DNA of 64,000 nt from Vulcanimicrobiota bacterium (GTDB lineage Bacteria; Vulcanimicrobiota; Vulcanimicrobiia; Vulcanimicrobiales; Vulcanimicrobiaceae), in the NCBI GenBank assembly GCA_963833095.1, contig CAWHWQ010000001.1, forward strand, positions 864,001-928,000, written 5' to 3'. Shown here one piece after another: positions 19,837 through 35,345 of this stretch (the stretch's first letter is position 1; every line of letters begins with the position of its first letter). The notes beneath the pieces were generated by a model. The model did no database searches. It was not told the DNA's origin and was given only the letters and a program-made list of their open reading frames with translations. A program made the translations under genes and the position numbers.

Positions 19837-20533
19837 ACCTCTCCTGGCGCTGGACGGAATTGCCAAACGATTCGGCGGACTCGTTGCGCTCGATCGTGTA
19901 AGCTTCAGCGTTGAGCCAAGCGAGATCGTCGGCCTTGTGGGACCGAACGGTTCGGGTAAGACCACAGCGATCAATGTGATCTCCGGCATCTACCAAGCTG
20001 ATTCAGGGAGCTTACGTTTTGCGGGGCAGCGAATCGATCGCGTGCCGGCATTTCGACGGGTACCGCTCGGCATTAACCGTACCTTTCAGGTGCCAAAGCC
20101 CTTCGCCGACATGAGCGTACGCGAGAATGTGGCAGTGGCCGCGTATTTCGGCGCGCACGTGCCGGCGGACATCGATGCCGTGCTCGCCGAGATCGATCTG
20201 GGCAGCCACGCCGACGTGCTCGCCTCGCAGCTCACGGTCAATCAGCAAAAGCGGCTCGATCTCGGACGCGCGCTGGCGACACAGCCCAAGCTGCTGCTGA
20301 TCGATGAGATCGGCGCCGGACTCAATCCAGGCGAACTCGGCGTGGTCGCCGATTTGCTGCTGCGGCTCGCTAAGCGCGGCATCGCGCTCATCGTGGTCGA
20401 GCACGTCCTTGATTTTCTCAATCGCATCACGGATCGCGTCATCGTGCTCAGCGCCGGGCGCATGCTTTTCGAAGGGCCGCTCGAAGACGCATCGCGCAAT
20501 CCCGACGTCGTTGCCGCGTTCATCGGAGGTTGA
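19826..20533 (+). CDS. ABC ATPase (LivG-like)
   Basis: KRFGGLVAL, GPNGSGKTT, RTFQ, DE..AGL, VEH. Confidence 0.92.
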   Translation: MSSEPLLALDGIAKRFGGLVALDRVSFSVEPSEIVGLVGPNGSGKTTAINVISGIYQADSGSLRFAGQRIDRVPAFRRVPLGINRTFQVPKPFADMSVRENVAVAAYFGAHVPADIDAVLAEIDLGSHADVLASQLTVNQQKRLDLGRALATQPKLLLIDEIGAGLNPGELGVVADLLLRLAKRGIALIVVEHVLDFLNRITDRVIVLSAGRMLFEGPLEDASRNPDVVAAFIGG

Positions 20534-20535
20534 CG

Positions 20536-21237
20536 ATGGCGTTGCTCGAGGTTACTGGAATCGAATCCGGTTATGGTGCGATGAAGATTCTTTGGGGTAT
20601 GGATCTCGCGGTGCAGCCGGGCGAAACGGTCCTGCTCTTGGGAGCCAATAGCGCCGGCAAGTCGACGCTGCTGCGAACGATCATCGGTCTCTTGCCCGCG
20701 TGGAGCGGCGCGATTCGCTTCGAGGACGAGCCGATCGAACATCTCTCGCCGGACCAACGTATACGTCGCGGCATTGCGTACATGTCGGAGCAAGGTGTCT
20801 TTGCAACGCTGACGATCGAAGAAAACATCCGGCTCGGCGGGTACTTCTTGAGCGGGGCTGAGGTGCGGCGGCGCAGCGTAAAGCTCTTCGAACTCTTTCC
20901 CGACTTGGCCAAGAAACGGCGCGATGTGGCCGCGTCTCTTTCCGGCGGCCAGCGCAAGATGCTCGGAATCGCAAAGGTGCTGGTTTCCGAGCCGAAGCTG
21001 CTGCTGATGGACGAGCCCTCCTCCGGTCTTGCACCGGTTTTTGTGAAACAAGTCGTCGACGTGCTACGCACCGCGATCGGCGAAGGTACGGCCCTCCTTA
21101 TCGCCGAGCAAAATGTCGCGTTCTTGCCGCTGGCGGATCGCGGTTATCTCATCGACGGCGGGCGCGTGCGGCTCTCGGGAACGCGTGAACAGCTCGAATC
21201 GAGCGGCGCGGTGCGGGAAGCGTATTTCGGTCTTTAG
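20536..21237 (+). CDS. ABC ATPase (LivF-like)
   Basis: GANSAGKST, LSGGQR, DEPS.GLAP, EQN, VREAY.G. Confidence 0.92.
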   Translation: MALLEVTGIESGYGAMKILWGMDLAVQPGETVLLLGANSAGKSTLLRTIIGLLPAWSGAIRFEDEPIEHLSPDQRIRRGIAYMSEQGVFATLTIEENIRLGGYFLSGAEVRRRSVKLFELFPDLAKKRRDVAASLSGGQRKMLGIAKVLVSEPKLLLMDEPSSGLAPVFVKQVVDVLRTAIGEGTALLIAEQNVAFLPLADRGYLIDGGRVRLSGTREQLESSGAVREAYFGL

Positions 21238-22721
21238 ACCGTAAATGCGAGCGTAAGCAGCGTACGTTCGGACGTGGAGGATACTTCCACGTGCTTCGCG
21301 CAGGCGCGCATGATCGCGATGCCCCGGCCACGATCCTCATGCGAGGGCGAACTGCGCCAGTGCCCGTCGCTCTCGACGCGCACTACCACTCCGTCCTCGC
21401 TCGTAGAAAGCTCGACGCTGAACGTGGTCTCGGGCCCGCGCGCGCCATATTCGATCGCATTCGCGACGGCCTCTCCCGCCGCGAGGATCAAGTCGAACGC
21501 GCGCACGGGCGCTACGCCCCGGCGCTCTGCGTACGAGCGAATCGAATCTCGCGCGAGCCGGGCGGAACTCGGTAACGCGCTGAACGTGTAGCGCTCGAGC
21601 GGCGCGGCCTCATCGTCGTGCAGGCGCAGCACGAGCGTCGCACAGTCATCGAGATTCGCGGCATCGCCGATGATCTGCGCATGAAGATCCCTTGCACTGA
21701 TCAGATCGCGTTGCGCCAAATACTCGATCGCCGCGAGCAGACGCTCTTCGCCCGCAAGCAGATCGCGTTCGTGTTCGGTGAGGCCATCGGTATAAAAGAA
21801 ACACGACGCGCCCGGAGCTATCGTGATCGTCCGTTCGGGCGACGCGGCAGGTTGTCCAAGGCCGAGTAAAAGGCCGCCACCGGGAAGGAGGTAGGCATCG
21901 CCCTTTGCGGTTACCAGCACCGGCGGCGGATGCCCGGCGCACGCGTAGCGCAACACCCGCGTGGCAGGATCGAAAATGCCCACGATGGCCGATGCCACGC
22001 CGAGGCCCTGCGCACTCACCATCGTTTCAACGGCATTGATGAGCGCTGCCGGCGATCCGTGCATCGCGGCGGCGGCGCGAATCGCGCCGCGAATCTCGCT
22101 CATGGTTACAGCCGCTTCAAGTCCGTGCCCGGTCACGTCTCCGACCGAGATACCGATCTTTCCGTTCCCGGCTTCAAAAGCGTCATACCAATCGCCGCCG
22201 ACTTCGGCATCCCGGCTTGCGGGACGGTAGGCGGCGTCGAAGGCGAGGCCGTCAACTTGCACCAGCCGCTCCGGAAGCATGGCGCGCTGAAGCCGCTCCG
22301 AGACGCGGTGATGGAAGGAGAGCTGCGAGGCCTGCGCCATCGCGCTCGAGAGAATCGCGGAAACGGTCTGCGCGATCGCGGGCGTGACTTCGGTCAAGAG
22401 GTTCGATGCGCTCGTCCCGAGGATCACGCTGCCGATCGTCGTTCCTTCAACAACGAGTGGTTGATAGACCAAACGATCGATGCCGGCTTCGCGCGCACGT
22501 TCCGTGTAGAGATCGTCGAATGTCGCCTCGCGCAGAGCGGCAAATTCTCCCGGAACGCGCGTGAAAAAAGCGACCGGCCCGCCCGGTGAGCTGCGGACAT
22601 AAACGGCACACAGATCCGCCAACGCGTCGGCACAAAGCCGCGCGATGTGATCGACGATCAGGGGTTGCGGCGATGCAGACGAGCGAGGCCTGCTCTCGAT
22701 TGGGTCAAGGCCCTCGATCAT
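21234..22721 (-). CDS. SpoIIE/PP2C phosphatase with GAF-like N-terminus fused to C-terminal RsbW-like HATPase
   Basis: LQRAMLP, VGGDWYD, GDVTGHG, AGHPPP, YTDGL, DD; C-terminal EAVANAIEYG, DRGRGI. Confidence 0.88.
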   Translation of the reverse strand: MIEGLDPIESRPRSSASPQPLIVDHIARLCADALADLCAVYVRSSPGGPVAFFTRVPGEFAALREATFDDLYTERAREAGIDRLVYQPLVVEGTTIGSVILGTSASNLLTEVTPAIAQTVSAILSSAMAQASQLSFHHRVSERLQRAMLPERLVQVDGLAFDAAYRPASRDAEVGGDWYDAFEAGNGKIGISVGDVTGHGLEAAVTMSEIRGAIRAAAAMHGSPAALINAVETMVSAQGLGVASAIVGIFDPATRVLRYACAGHPPPVLVTAKGDAYLLPGGGLLLGLGQPAASPERTITIAPGASCFFYTDGLTEHERDLLAGEERLLAAIEYLAQRDLISARDLHAQIIGDAANLDDCATLVLRLHDDEAAPLERYTFSALPSSARLARDSIRSYAERRGVAPVRAFDLILAAGEAVANAIEYGARGPETTFSVELSTSEDGVVVRVESDGHWRSSPSHEDRGRGIAIMRACAKHVEVSSTSERTLLTLAFTV

Positions 22722-22862
22722 GGTCCCTCTTCAAACGAAGATGTTACGCTCATCCTGCCCGCTTTTGGGGTCCAATAAACTGGCTGGCGGTACGCTGTTT
22801 GGCCTGGCCCACAGCGGGTAAGAGGTTTCTTACCAAGTAGCCATGGGGGCGATGCTTCGTTT

Positions 22863-28468
<5,606 letters not shown>

Positions 28469-28484
<16 letters not shown>

Positions 28485-29341
28485 CCACCGCCGGTTCCGT
28501 CGCGCCGGAACTGCATCTGCGGCGCGACGATCTCGCCGATATCGAGCTGCAGCTTCTGCTCGATGCGCTGTTGCGGTACGGAGCGGTTGATTTCCGTTGT
28601 GTCAGCCCAACCGTGCTCCGGCGCCGAGTCGCCGATGCGATGCGTTCGGAAGGCGTCGCGACGATATCGGGATTGCAGGAGCGGCTTCTTCACGATGAGC
28701 AGGCGTTTGCGTCATTCGTGATTTCGATCAAAGCCGCGACTTCCCAACCATTTGCGGATCCATCGTTCTTTCGCGCGTTTCTCGCAAACGTCGTGCCGCT
28801 GCTTCGCACCTATGCGTTCGTTCGCGTGTGGGTGCCGAGCGCCGGGCCCGGGGCTGATGCGTATGCGCTCGCCGCACTTCTTGACGAGGCCGGCCTACTC
28901 TCGCGCACGATTCTCTATGCGACCTTCATCAACGATCCATCGGTGGCCATTGCCAAAGCCGGTTCCTACAAGCACGCCGGACGTGCCGGCGTCGAAGCAT
29001 CCGCGCGCGCGGCCGGGTTGGAGTCGCCGCTCTCCCGTTACTTCGAAGTCGATGACGAGTTCGCGACGCCAAAAGAGGGCCTCCGGGAGAGCGTGATGTT
29101 CGCTCGGCACAATCCCGCCTCAGATGCGTCGATCAACGAATTCCATGCAATCGTCGCGCGCGGCTTTTTACCGCTGCTCAACGGCGTCGCGCAATTCAGG
29201 CTGCAGGCTTTGCTCTACGAGAGCCTCATGCATCTTGGGTTCCTGGGCCTCGGGAACGGGGAGGGCGTCGCGCACAGCGCCCATGAGAGCGCCTTCCGGC
29301 AGGTCGTCAACGACCAGCCGATTTTTCGTCGCCTTCACTAG
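28469..29341 (+). CDS. CheR-like methyltransferase homolog with degenerate active site
   Basis: DIEL.LLL..L...G.DFR, L.RR, DPSFF, LRTY.F.R.W, F..HN, NEF, SL...GFL.LG scaffold; SAM motifs altered. Confidence 0.85.
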
Positions 29342-29408
29342 ATTTTGCGATTCTCGGCTCCCCCCGACGTGGCTTTGCCGTCATGCTTAGCCAAGGAGGA
29401 GCTCGAAA

Positions 29409-30083
29409 ATGAATCGTTTTAGTCTTTCACTACTTGGCAGCGTAGCGATCGCAGCGCTGTCGATCTCCGCGGCCCTCGCGGCCCCGCCGAACATCGCCGG
29501 GACCTGGAACATTCAGCAGACCGGAAACAACGGCACCACCACGACCACAATCATGCTGACGCAGTCGGGCGACGGAGTCGTCGGGAACAACGCCTCGACC
29601 GGAAACGGATTCACCGGCACGTTCGTGGCCGACGGCAAGATCAATGGCAAGTGGCATGGCCCAGGGGGCGCCGGTTGGCTCACGATCTACGTGAGCGAAA
29701 ACGGTCACAGCTTCAACGGCACCTGGGGCTACAACGGACGCCCGGCAAACGGGTCGTTTGTCGGAAATAAAGTTCTGCCGCCGTCGCCGATTACCGCCGC
29801 GGGGACGTGGCACATCAGCGGCGCCGGTGGTCCCAATGCGTTCATCGGATTGATGCGCTGCACGCAATCCGGACCATCGGTTCTCTGTCACGCGGGCGAC
29901 ATCGTGCTCAACGGCAAGTTCCGCGCGAAGGATAAGGTACGCGCAACCTGGACCGGCAGCAACGGAACCGGATGGTTCTCGTTCTGGTTCAACGGCGATA
30001 ACAACAGCTTCAACGGCGTCTGGGGGAGAGGCAAAGATACGACGCCCCCGGTCGGACGTGTGATCGGGCAACGCGCACTCTAA
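29409..30083 (+). CDS. Secreted protein with two tandem beta-barrel-like repeats
   Basis: AAGGAGG RBS, signal peptide; duplicated 'AGTW.I...TQSG..V...G.F...K....W.G..G.GW......SFNG.WG' unit. Confidence 0.8.
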   Translation: MNRFSLSLLGSVAIAALSISAALAAPPNIAGTWNIQQTGNNGTTTTTIMLTQSGDGVVGNNASTGNGFTGTFVADGKINGKWHGPGGAGWLTIYVSENGHSFNGTWGYNGRPANGSFVGNKVLPPSPITAAGTWHISGAGGPNAFIGLMRCTQSGPSVLCHAGDIVLNGKFRAKDKVRATWTGSNGTGWFSFWFNGDNNSFNGVWGRGKDTTPPVGRVIGQRAL

Positions 30084-30104
30084 AATAAACCAGCCCACAA
30101 ACGA

Positions 30105-30143
30105 AAGCGGCGCACCTCCAATCGGAGATGCGCCGCTTATTTT
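30105..30143. terminator. Probable bidirectional intrinsic terminator
   Basis: AAGCGGCGCA...TGCGCCGCTT stem between convergent genes, with A/T tracts on both sides. Confidence 0.7.
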
Positions 30144-30160
30144 GCGCCTGCCGCAGTAGG

Positions 30161-31360
30161 CTAGTAGTTGAAGAACAGACCCAAGCCGGCGAATGCCGCG
30201 CTATTGGTGTATCCAGGTGTCACTGAATTGGCTTTGGCGTTTCCACGGTTGCCTGCATAGCCAACGTCAATGAAGAGCGGCTTGAAGACCGACCACGTCA
30301 GCCCGACTTTGTAGGTTTGCAGCGAGTACTGCATCGAGAGCGATGACGCACCGCTGCCCGCATATGTGCCGCGGACGTTCGGGTAGTAGTAGAAACTACC
30401 GTAGTAGGAGATCGTGTTGTCGAGATCTGGGAGTTTTTCCGCGCCGATTCCGGCGCCGGTGAAGTTCGGATAGCCGTAGTTACCGGCGTTGAACTCCCAG
30501 GCGACGGCGACATACACACGCGGATTGAACACTTTGTATCCCAAGTGCAACTCGGTGTACGTGTCGCGCGCCGTGAAGCCCGGTACCGCCGTCGAGCCGT
30601 TGTTGCCCACGACCGTTACGTAACAATCGCTCGTCGGGATCGTGATGTTGATGCATCCGTGCGGATAGCGATACTGCGCGTAGTCGACACCGAACATGAA
30701 GTTGCTGTATTCGGCCGCGCCGCGTCCGAACCACGATCCAGTCGAGCGGTTTCCCGGGCTGAACTCGTTGTAGGTCTTGCCGCCGAAGAAATAGTCGCCG
30801 GCGATGAACGCCTCGTTTGCGGGTTTAGGAACCGGCGTGGGAGAGGGAGTTGGCGGCGGGGGCGGAGGCGCTGTCGGCGCAGCCGTTGGCGCGGGCGTGG
30901 GCGGAGGCGTCGCCGGGATATAGCGCACGACGACGATTTGACGATCCGGCACCCACTGGACGTACGCTCCCATGCCCTCGGAGATTACACGCACGGGGAC
31001 GACGATAACGCCCTGGTAGATTTCCGGCGGCACGTCTAACGGCCGTTTCTCGCCGTTGATCGTAACCTCCGGAACGCCGACGGTGACTTCCACGTCGGCG
31101 CCGGCTTTGGTGACGTGAACGGTCTTGCTGCCGGCGTCGTATGTTACCGTGGCACCGGTTTGCTCGAACATCGAGCGCAACGGAACCAGGATGGTGTCGC
31201 CCCGGACGAGAGCTGCGAGCACGCGTCCCTGCTTCAGCGTATCTGGGCTAGCATAGACGTGGTGATCGTTGAACAGGATGGGAATTTCTTGCGCTGGTGG
31301 ATCTGACTTCGACATCGACGCCTGTGCCGTCAGGACCGCGCTCAATACTATGTGAATCAT
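30161..31360 (-). CDS. Copper amine oxidase N-terminal (stalk) domain + Pro-rich linker + outer-membrane beta-barrel
   Basis: LVPLRSMFE..GA.V.YD, LDVPP.I..G...VPVR.ISE.MGA.V.W; PTPAP linker; aromatic C-terminal strand. Confidence 0.85.
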   Translation of the reverse strand: MIHIVLSAVLTAQASMSKSDPPAQEIPILFNDHHVYASPDTLKQGRVLAALVRGDTILVPLRSMFEQTGATVTYDAGSKTVHVTKAGADVEVTVGVPEVTINGEKRPLDVPPEIYQGVIVVPVRVISEGMGAYVQWVPDRQIVVVRYIPATPPPTPAPTAAPTAPPPPPPTPSPTPVPKPANEAFIAGDYFFGGKTYNEFSPGNRSTGSWFGRGAAEYSNFMFGVDYAQYRYPHGCINITIPTSDCYVTVVGNNGSTAVPGFTARDTYTELHLGYKVFNPRVYVAVAWEFNAGNYGYPNFTGAGIGAEKLPDLDNTISYYGSFYYYPNVRGTYAGSGASSLSMQYSLQTYKVGLTWSVFKPLFIDVGYAGNRGNAKANSVTPGYTNSAAFAGLGLFFNY

Positions 31361-31424
31361 TCCAGAGACCTTTTCAAGCAAACGCGCATACAGCGTCAGT
31401 GTACAGGATTGGAAAAGGCGAGAA

Positions 31425-31895
31425 TTACCCAGAATCGCGGAAAGGAGGCGTGCGCTTGGCAAGGTCTCGCTGGACGCGCGCATCGACCGCGCGGATCAGC
31501 GGCTCGACCGCAACATTCAGGATGATGATGGCTGCCGCGCCGGCCATTGCCTGACGGTAATAGCCGAACGCGCACAATGCCCCAACCGCGGCCGTTGCCC
31601 ACATGGTCGCTGCGGTATTGAGTCCGGTCACGTTGGCTCCCGAGCGGAGAATGGCGCCACCCGCGATGAAGCCGACACCGGTCACGATGCCGGCGACGAT
31701 GCGCGTCGTATCGCCGGCCCCGAGCGTTTCGTCGAGCAGCGCAAACATCGCCGCGCCGATCGAGACCAAACTGCTGGTATGCAACCCCGCGGCGCTGCGG
31801 CGCCATTGGCGCTCGAAACCAATCGCGATGCCCAAGAGCGCTGCGACACCGAGGCGGATAAAAAAGTCGAGGGCGGTGAGCTCTGGTTGTTTCAT
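31425..31895 (-). CDS. MgtC/SapB family protein
   Basis: IGFERQ...AGL.T, R.VA.IVTGVGFI.GG.IL, GLNTAATMW..AAVG. Confidence 0.9.
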   Translation of the reverse strand: MKQPELTALDFFIRLGVAALLGIAIGFERQWRRSAAGLHTSSLVSIGAAMFALLDETLGAGDTTRIVAGIVTGVGFIAGGAILRSGANVTGLNTAATMWATAAVGALCAFGYYRQAMAGAAAIIILNVAVEPLIRAVDARVQRDLAKRTPPFRDSG

Positions 31896-32515
31896 AACGC
31901 CGGAAGCCCGACCAGCCGAACGATCCCGTAGATCAGCGCGATGATGCCGAGTCCGACGATAATCGCGTGGCGCGGAAAGATCATCTTGGTGCTCATGCCG
32001 GCTAGAAACGAGACAGCGGCAAAAATAACCGTCAGCAGCGAGTAGTCGTCGGCGTGCTGGTGCGCGGTCAGCGCTGCGTTGAAACTGCCCGTGGCAGCGG
32101 CATCGTAACGCTCCGAGCCAGCGCGCAGCTGTCGCCGAAACTGCGGCATTACGAACGGTGAGGTCGGCGCTTTGGGGTTCGTCAACGGCTTGGTTGCAAG
32201 CCACGCATCCATGGCGCCGCGAAAGCTCGACGGAAAGCGCGCATAGATGAACTGCTCCTTGCGGGTATCTCCGGCTTCGACTGCATCGATATAGTCCAGG
32301 AACGCCGCGACGTCGATCACGGTCAGACCGATGGATCGGTCGTTGGCTTCCTCGGAAAGAACGCGATCGGCCGCAGCGATATTGTAGAGCCGGGTTTGCT
32401 CGCCGTCCCATCGGCCCGTCTGATAGCCGCAGAGCGCCGTTAACACGGCTGCGATCGAAATCAGTATCAGCGATGCGAAATCGACGAACCGATCGACACC
32501 CGCATGATCTCGCAC
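31892..32515 (-). CDS. Hypothetical membrane protein (DUF4337-like)
   Basis: N-terminal TM, 'A..GYQ...W.G', helical loop, two C-terminal TMs. Confidence 0.65.
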   Translation of the reverse strand: MRDHAGVDRFVDFASLILISIAAVLTALCGYQTGRWDGEQTRLYNIAAADRVLSEEANDRSIGLTVIDVAAFLDYIDAVEAGDTRKEQFIYARFPSSFRGAMDAWLATKPLTNPKAPTSPFVMPQFRRQLRAGSERYDAAATGSFNAALTAHQHADDYSLLTVIFAAVSFLAGMSTKMIFPRHAIIVGLGIIALIYGIVRLVGLPAL

Positions 32516-32519
32516 GAGC

Positions 32520-33389
32520 TCAGAGGTTGATCGTTGCGCCGAGCGTCAGCCCGTTGAGTTCGAGGCCCCGAGCCCGCGCAGCGTTGTTATTTTGATCGAA
32601 GTAGAGCTGGCGGTAGAACAGGAGAATATTGCCCCAATGCTCGGCATAACCCACTCCCCCGTAAAATTGCGACGTCGTGGTATTGCTGGTCCCGAAGCCG
32701 AAGTCTTGATACAGCGGGACAAACCACGGTCCGCCGAGGTTGATCCGCCCGCGGATACCGCCGAGCGCATCGGTGATGGTGACCGATTCAGAATCTGATC
32801 CCGACAGCGGAATCAGATCGATCGGGCCCGTGAAATTCCAACTTGCCGAGGATTTTAAGCTGATCGAGCGCACGCCGGTGAACACGATCACGTCGCCGGC
32901 ATCGCCGTGGGCGACCATCGCACCGGGTTCCAATTCCCACATCGTCGTGTTGAGATGCCATCCTACCGAAGCGGTAACCGGGATCTCGACGTTTCCGGCG
33001 GGACCACCGATCGTGACGTTCGCCGAATTGTTATTCGACATGTTGAGAAAAATTAGGTCCGCGCTGATGTCGAAAGCGTTCTTGCGAACCTCGCCCGCCA
33101 CCATCCCGCCGGAATCGACGAATGACAAATAGTTCGAGGGACCGGTTGCGACGTTGATCGTCGCCAAACCCGGAGCGGTCAGCGCCGGGTGACGGAAAAC
33201 CAGCGTGCCGGAAATGCCCGGGGCCCACAGGTACGGCGTGACCGAAGCATGCCATTTGTTATCGAAGATGCTCTGCGGCGGCGGTGAAGGCGTCATCTGC
33301 GCGACCGTTTCCTGACTCTGCGCCACGGCAGCGAGCGGCCAGAACGATGCGGCAACCGTGAACGCAATGAGAACCAGCGATCTGCTCAT
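32520..33389 (-). CDS. Putative outer-membrane beta-barrel protein
   Basis: Signal peptide; W...TPYLW.P.ISG; alternating strands; C-terminal 'G.TLGATINL'. Confidence 0.75.
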   Translation of the reverse strand: MSRSLVLIAFTVAASFWPLAAVAQSQETVAQMTPSPPPQSIFDNKWHASVTPYLWAPGISGTLVFRHPALTAPGLATINVATGPSNYLSFVDSGGMVAGEVRKNAFDISADLIFLNMSNNNSANVTIGGPAGNVEIPVTASVGWHLNTTMWELEPGAMVAHGDAGDVIVFTGVRSISLKSSASWNFTGPIDLIPLSGSDSESVTITDALGGIRGRINLGGPWFVPLYQDFGFGTSNTTTSQFYGGVGYAEHWGNILLFYRQLYFDQNNNAARARGLELNGLTLGATINL

Positions 33390-34375
33390 GCAATACTTCC
33401 TAAGAGGAGTTGTTCCTCAGCGCCTTGCGATTGGAACAGCGCGGCGCTACGCTTGCGCGGCGTCATCCTCGGCGTCGTTCCAAAAAACGCCTTGTAGTCG
33501 ACCCCAAAATGACCCAAATGCCAGAACCCGCAATCAGCCGCAACATCGAAGATGCGCGACGCCGAGTCCGCGCGCTGTAACCGGCGATGAGCGAAGTTCA
33601 GACGCTGGATCTTGAAATACCGCATCGGACTCATGCCAAATGTCGCGTTGAAGACGTAGATCAGCGTGCGCACGCTGCATTTTGCCGCTTTGCAAATATC
33701 TCGCAGCGTTCTCGGCTCTTCAATGCTCGACCACATCAACTCGAGCGCCGTCCGCACGAGCTTCTCGCGATTGACGTCGGCTTGACTTTCCGCGTGCCCT
33801 CGCGCCCGTTGCAGCATCGAACGCACAATGCGCTCGATCTCAAAATCGATCGCGACGCCATCGATCGCATCGGGCGCGGTACGACCGGCCCGCTCGTCGG
33901 CCAGGGCGTCGGCAGCATAGGATGCGAGCGTCACCCACTCGAGCGCACCCGCGGCCAGCGCGCACTTTACCGGCGCAAAGTTCCCGGAACGATCGTTCCC
34001 GCCCAGCGCGCGCCGGTCGATATCAAACCAGAGGATCGACGCAGCGCCGAGAATATTGACGGAGAGTTCTTCACCCGAGACGACGAGACAGCAGCCGTCG
34101 GAATGTTTCTTTCCGTTGGCTAGAATCTGGCAACCGATTGCCGGCCGCACCAACAGTACCAAGAGGCGCCACGGCTCGACGCTGTTGCGAATTTGTACGC
34201 CGCAATTGACATGAAGCTCGGTAATCCGCATCGCGGTTTGCGTGACGCGCGAGGCCCGACATTCAAACATCCCGGGCGTGAGCTGCAGCCATTCACCGGC
34301 TCCTGAATAGAGCCGGTCTAAATCACCGATCTGAAATTGGCTTCCTGCGAATCTCATGTACTCCTGATTTTGCAC
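33386..34375 (-). CDS. AraC-family transcriptional regulator (EutR-like)
   Basis: SVRTL...F...FG.SP..Y....RL, I.DVA..GFWHLG.F...YK..FG.TP. Confidence 0.9.
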   Translation of the reverse strand: MQNQEYMRFAGSQFQIGDLDRLYSGAGEWLQLTPGMFECRASRVTQTAMRITELHVNCGVQIRNSVEPWRLLVLLVRPAIGCQILANGKKHSDGCCLVVSGEELSVNILGAASILWFDIDRRALGGNDRSGNFAPVKCALAAGALEWVTLASYAADALADERAGRTAPDAIDGVAIDFEIERIVRSMLQRARGHAESQADVNREKLVRTALELMWSSIEEPRTLRDICKAAKCSVRTLIYVFNATFGMSPMRYFKIQRLNFAHRRLQRADSASRIFDVAADCGFWHLGHFGVDYKAFFGTTPRMTPRKRSAALFQSQGAEEQLLLGSIA

Positions 34376-34502
34376 CAGGCACTCCCGTTATGGTGCCCGC
34401 GGTCCTAGACAGCGAAAAATTTTTGCTTCTTCGCCGCCTCGGGATACCGGTTACAGCCTGTAAAGCTGCACGCTCAGGAATAGGACTGGGAGTGACACTA
34501 TC

Positions 34503-34847
34503 TTGGCGCACGCGACGGCTGCATATCGCCTGAATCCGGAGATGCATGAGTTCCTGGGCGCGGGGCTCATTCGTCTTATTGTGCGCGGCGAAAACGTCAT
34601 CGGCCACTACGGACGCCGAGGATATATCACCGGCGCCTTACACGGATGCGTGCTCATCGCAACGTTCAGAGACGGGGTTCACGACGGCGAGGTGCGGCTG
34701 ACGTTCGATGACGAGTTCGAGTGCTTCGAGGGTTATTACGTACCCGCGCTTCCCAATGGGCCGGGCGAACGGCCCTGCTCGGGAACCCGCATTACCCGAC
34801 GCAAATCACCAGCCTTAGAAGTCCACTTGAATCGTGACGAGGTCTGA
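34503..34847 (+). CDS. Hypothetical protein (small beta-barrel-like)
   Basis: ORF with GGGAG RBS; 'V.G.Y...G.I.G.L.G..L...F....G...L.F....F.G.Y' pattern. Confidence 0.5.
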   Translation: MAHATAAYRLNPEMHEFLGAGLIRLIVRGENVIGHYGRRGYITGALHGCVLIATFRDGVHDGEVRLTFDDEFECFEGYYVPALPNGPGERPCSGTRITRRKSPALEVHLNRDEV

Positions 34848-35345
34848 ATACGATCCGGCGTTGACGGCCTGTAGCCGGGGGATGTTGCCGTAGATTGGAA
34901 ATTGGGCTTCGCGTGTCTTATCCGTCACTGCCGTTAGCCCGCAAATAGGGTTCAGGCTTCCCCAAACGATTTGGTGACCCGGGTCTTGATACAGATTGTA
35001 CGCGAGACGATTGTTTCCCGAGCGCAAATAGCGCAGCGTGCAGCGGTCGTTCGTGATCAGCGAGATCTGCAGCGCGTGGGGACCATTGCACGTAATGCCG
35101 ATCGTGCCCACCGCACTGTCATCGTAGGGCAATGACGGATCGTAAATCGCAAAGTTCATCGCGTTCGCGGTGATGGCGCACGCGTCCGCAGGCCCGCTGA
35201 GGGGCGGCGCTTGCGAACGCGCGGTGCCGCGCAACGTCAGCATCGCCACTGCGAGAAGACTTACGGCAGCGACGGCTGACAGGAGACCGTTCCAAGATTC
35301 ACCTGGAAGGCATTGCTTTGTGGGAACGTGACTGAAAATGTGCAT
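34815..35345 (-). CDS. Spore coat U / Csu-type pilin (minor/tip subunit); start uncertain (possibly 35249/35243)
   Basis: C.I....MNF..YD, G.I.ITC, L.YNLY.D....VWG, IYG.IP..Q....G.YSD...I.V.F. Confidence 0.85.
   Translation of the reverse strand: MHIFSHVPTKQCLPGESWNGLLSAVAAVSLLAVAMLTLRGTARSQAPPLSGPADACAITANAMNFAIYDPSLPYDDSAVGTIGITCNGPHALQISLITNDRCTLRYLRSGNNRLAYNLYQDPGHQIVWGSLNPICGLTAVTDKTREAQFPIYGNIPRLQAVNAGSYSDLVTIQVDF

Noticed and set aside
30830..30915. GGC/GGA-rich low-complexity tract as a regulatory repeat or G-quadruplex
   Set aside because: It encodes the Pro/Thr linker of the stalk-domain protein
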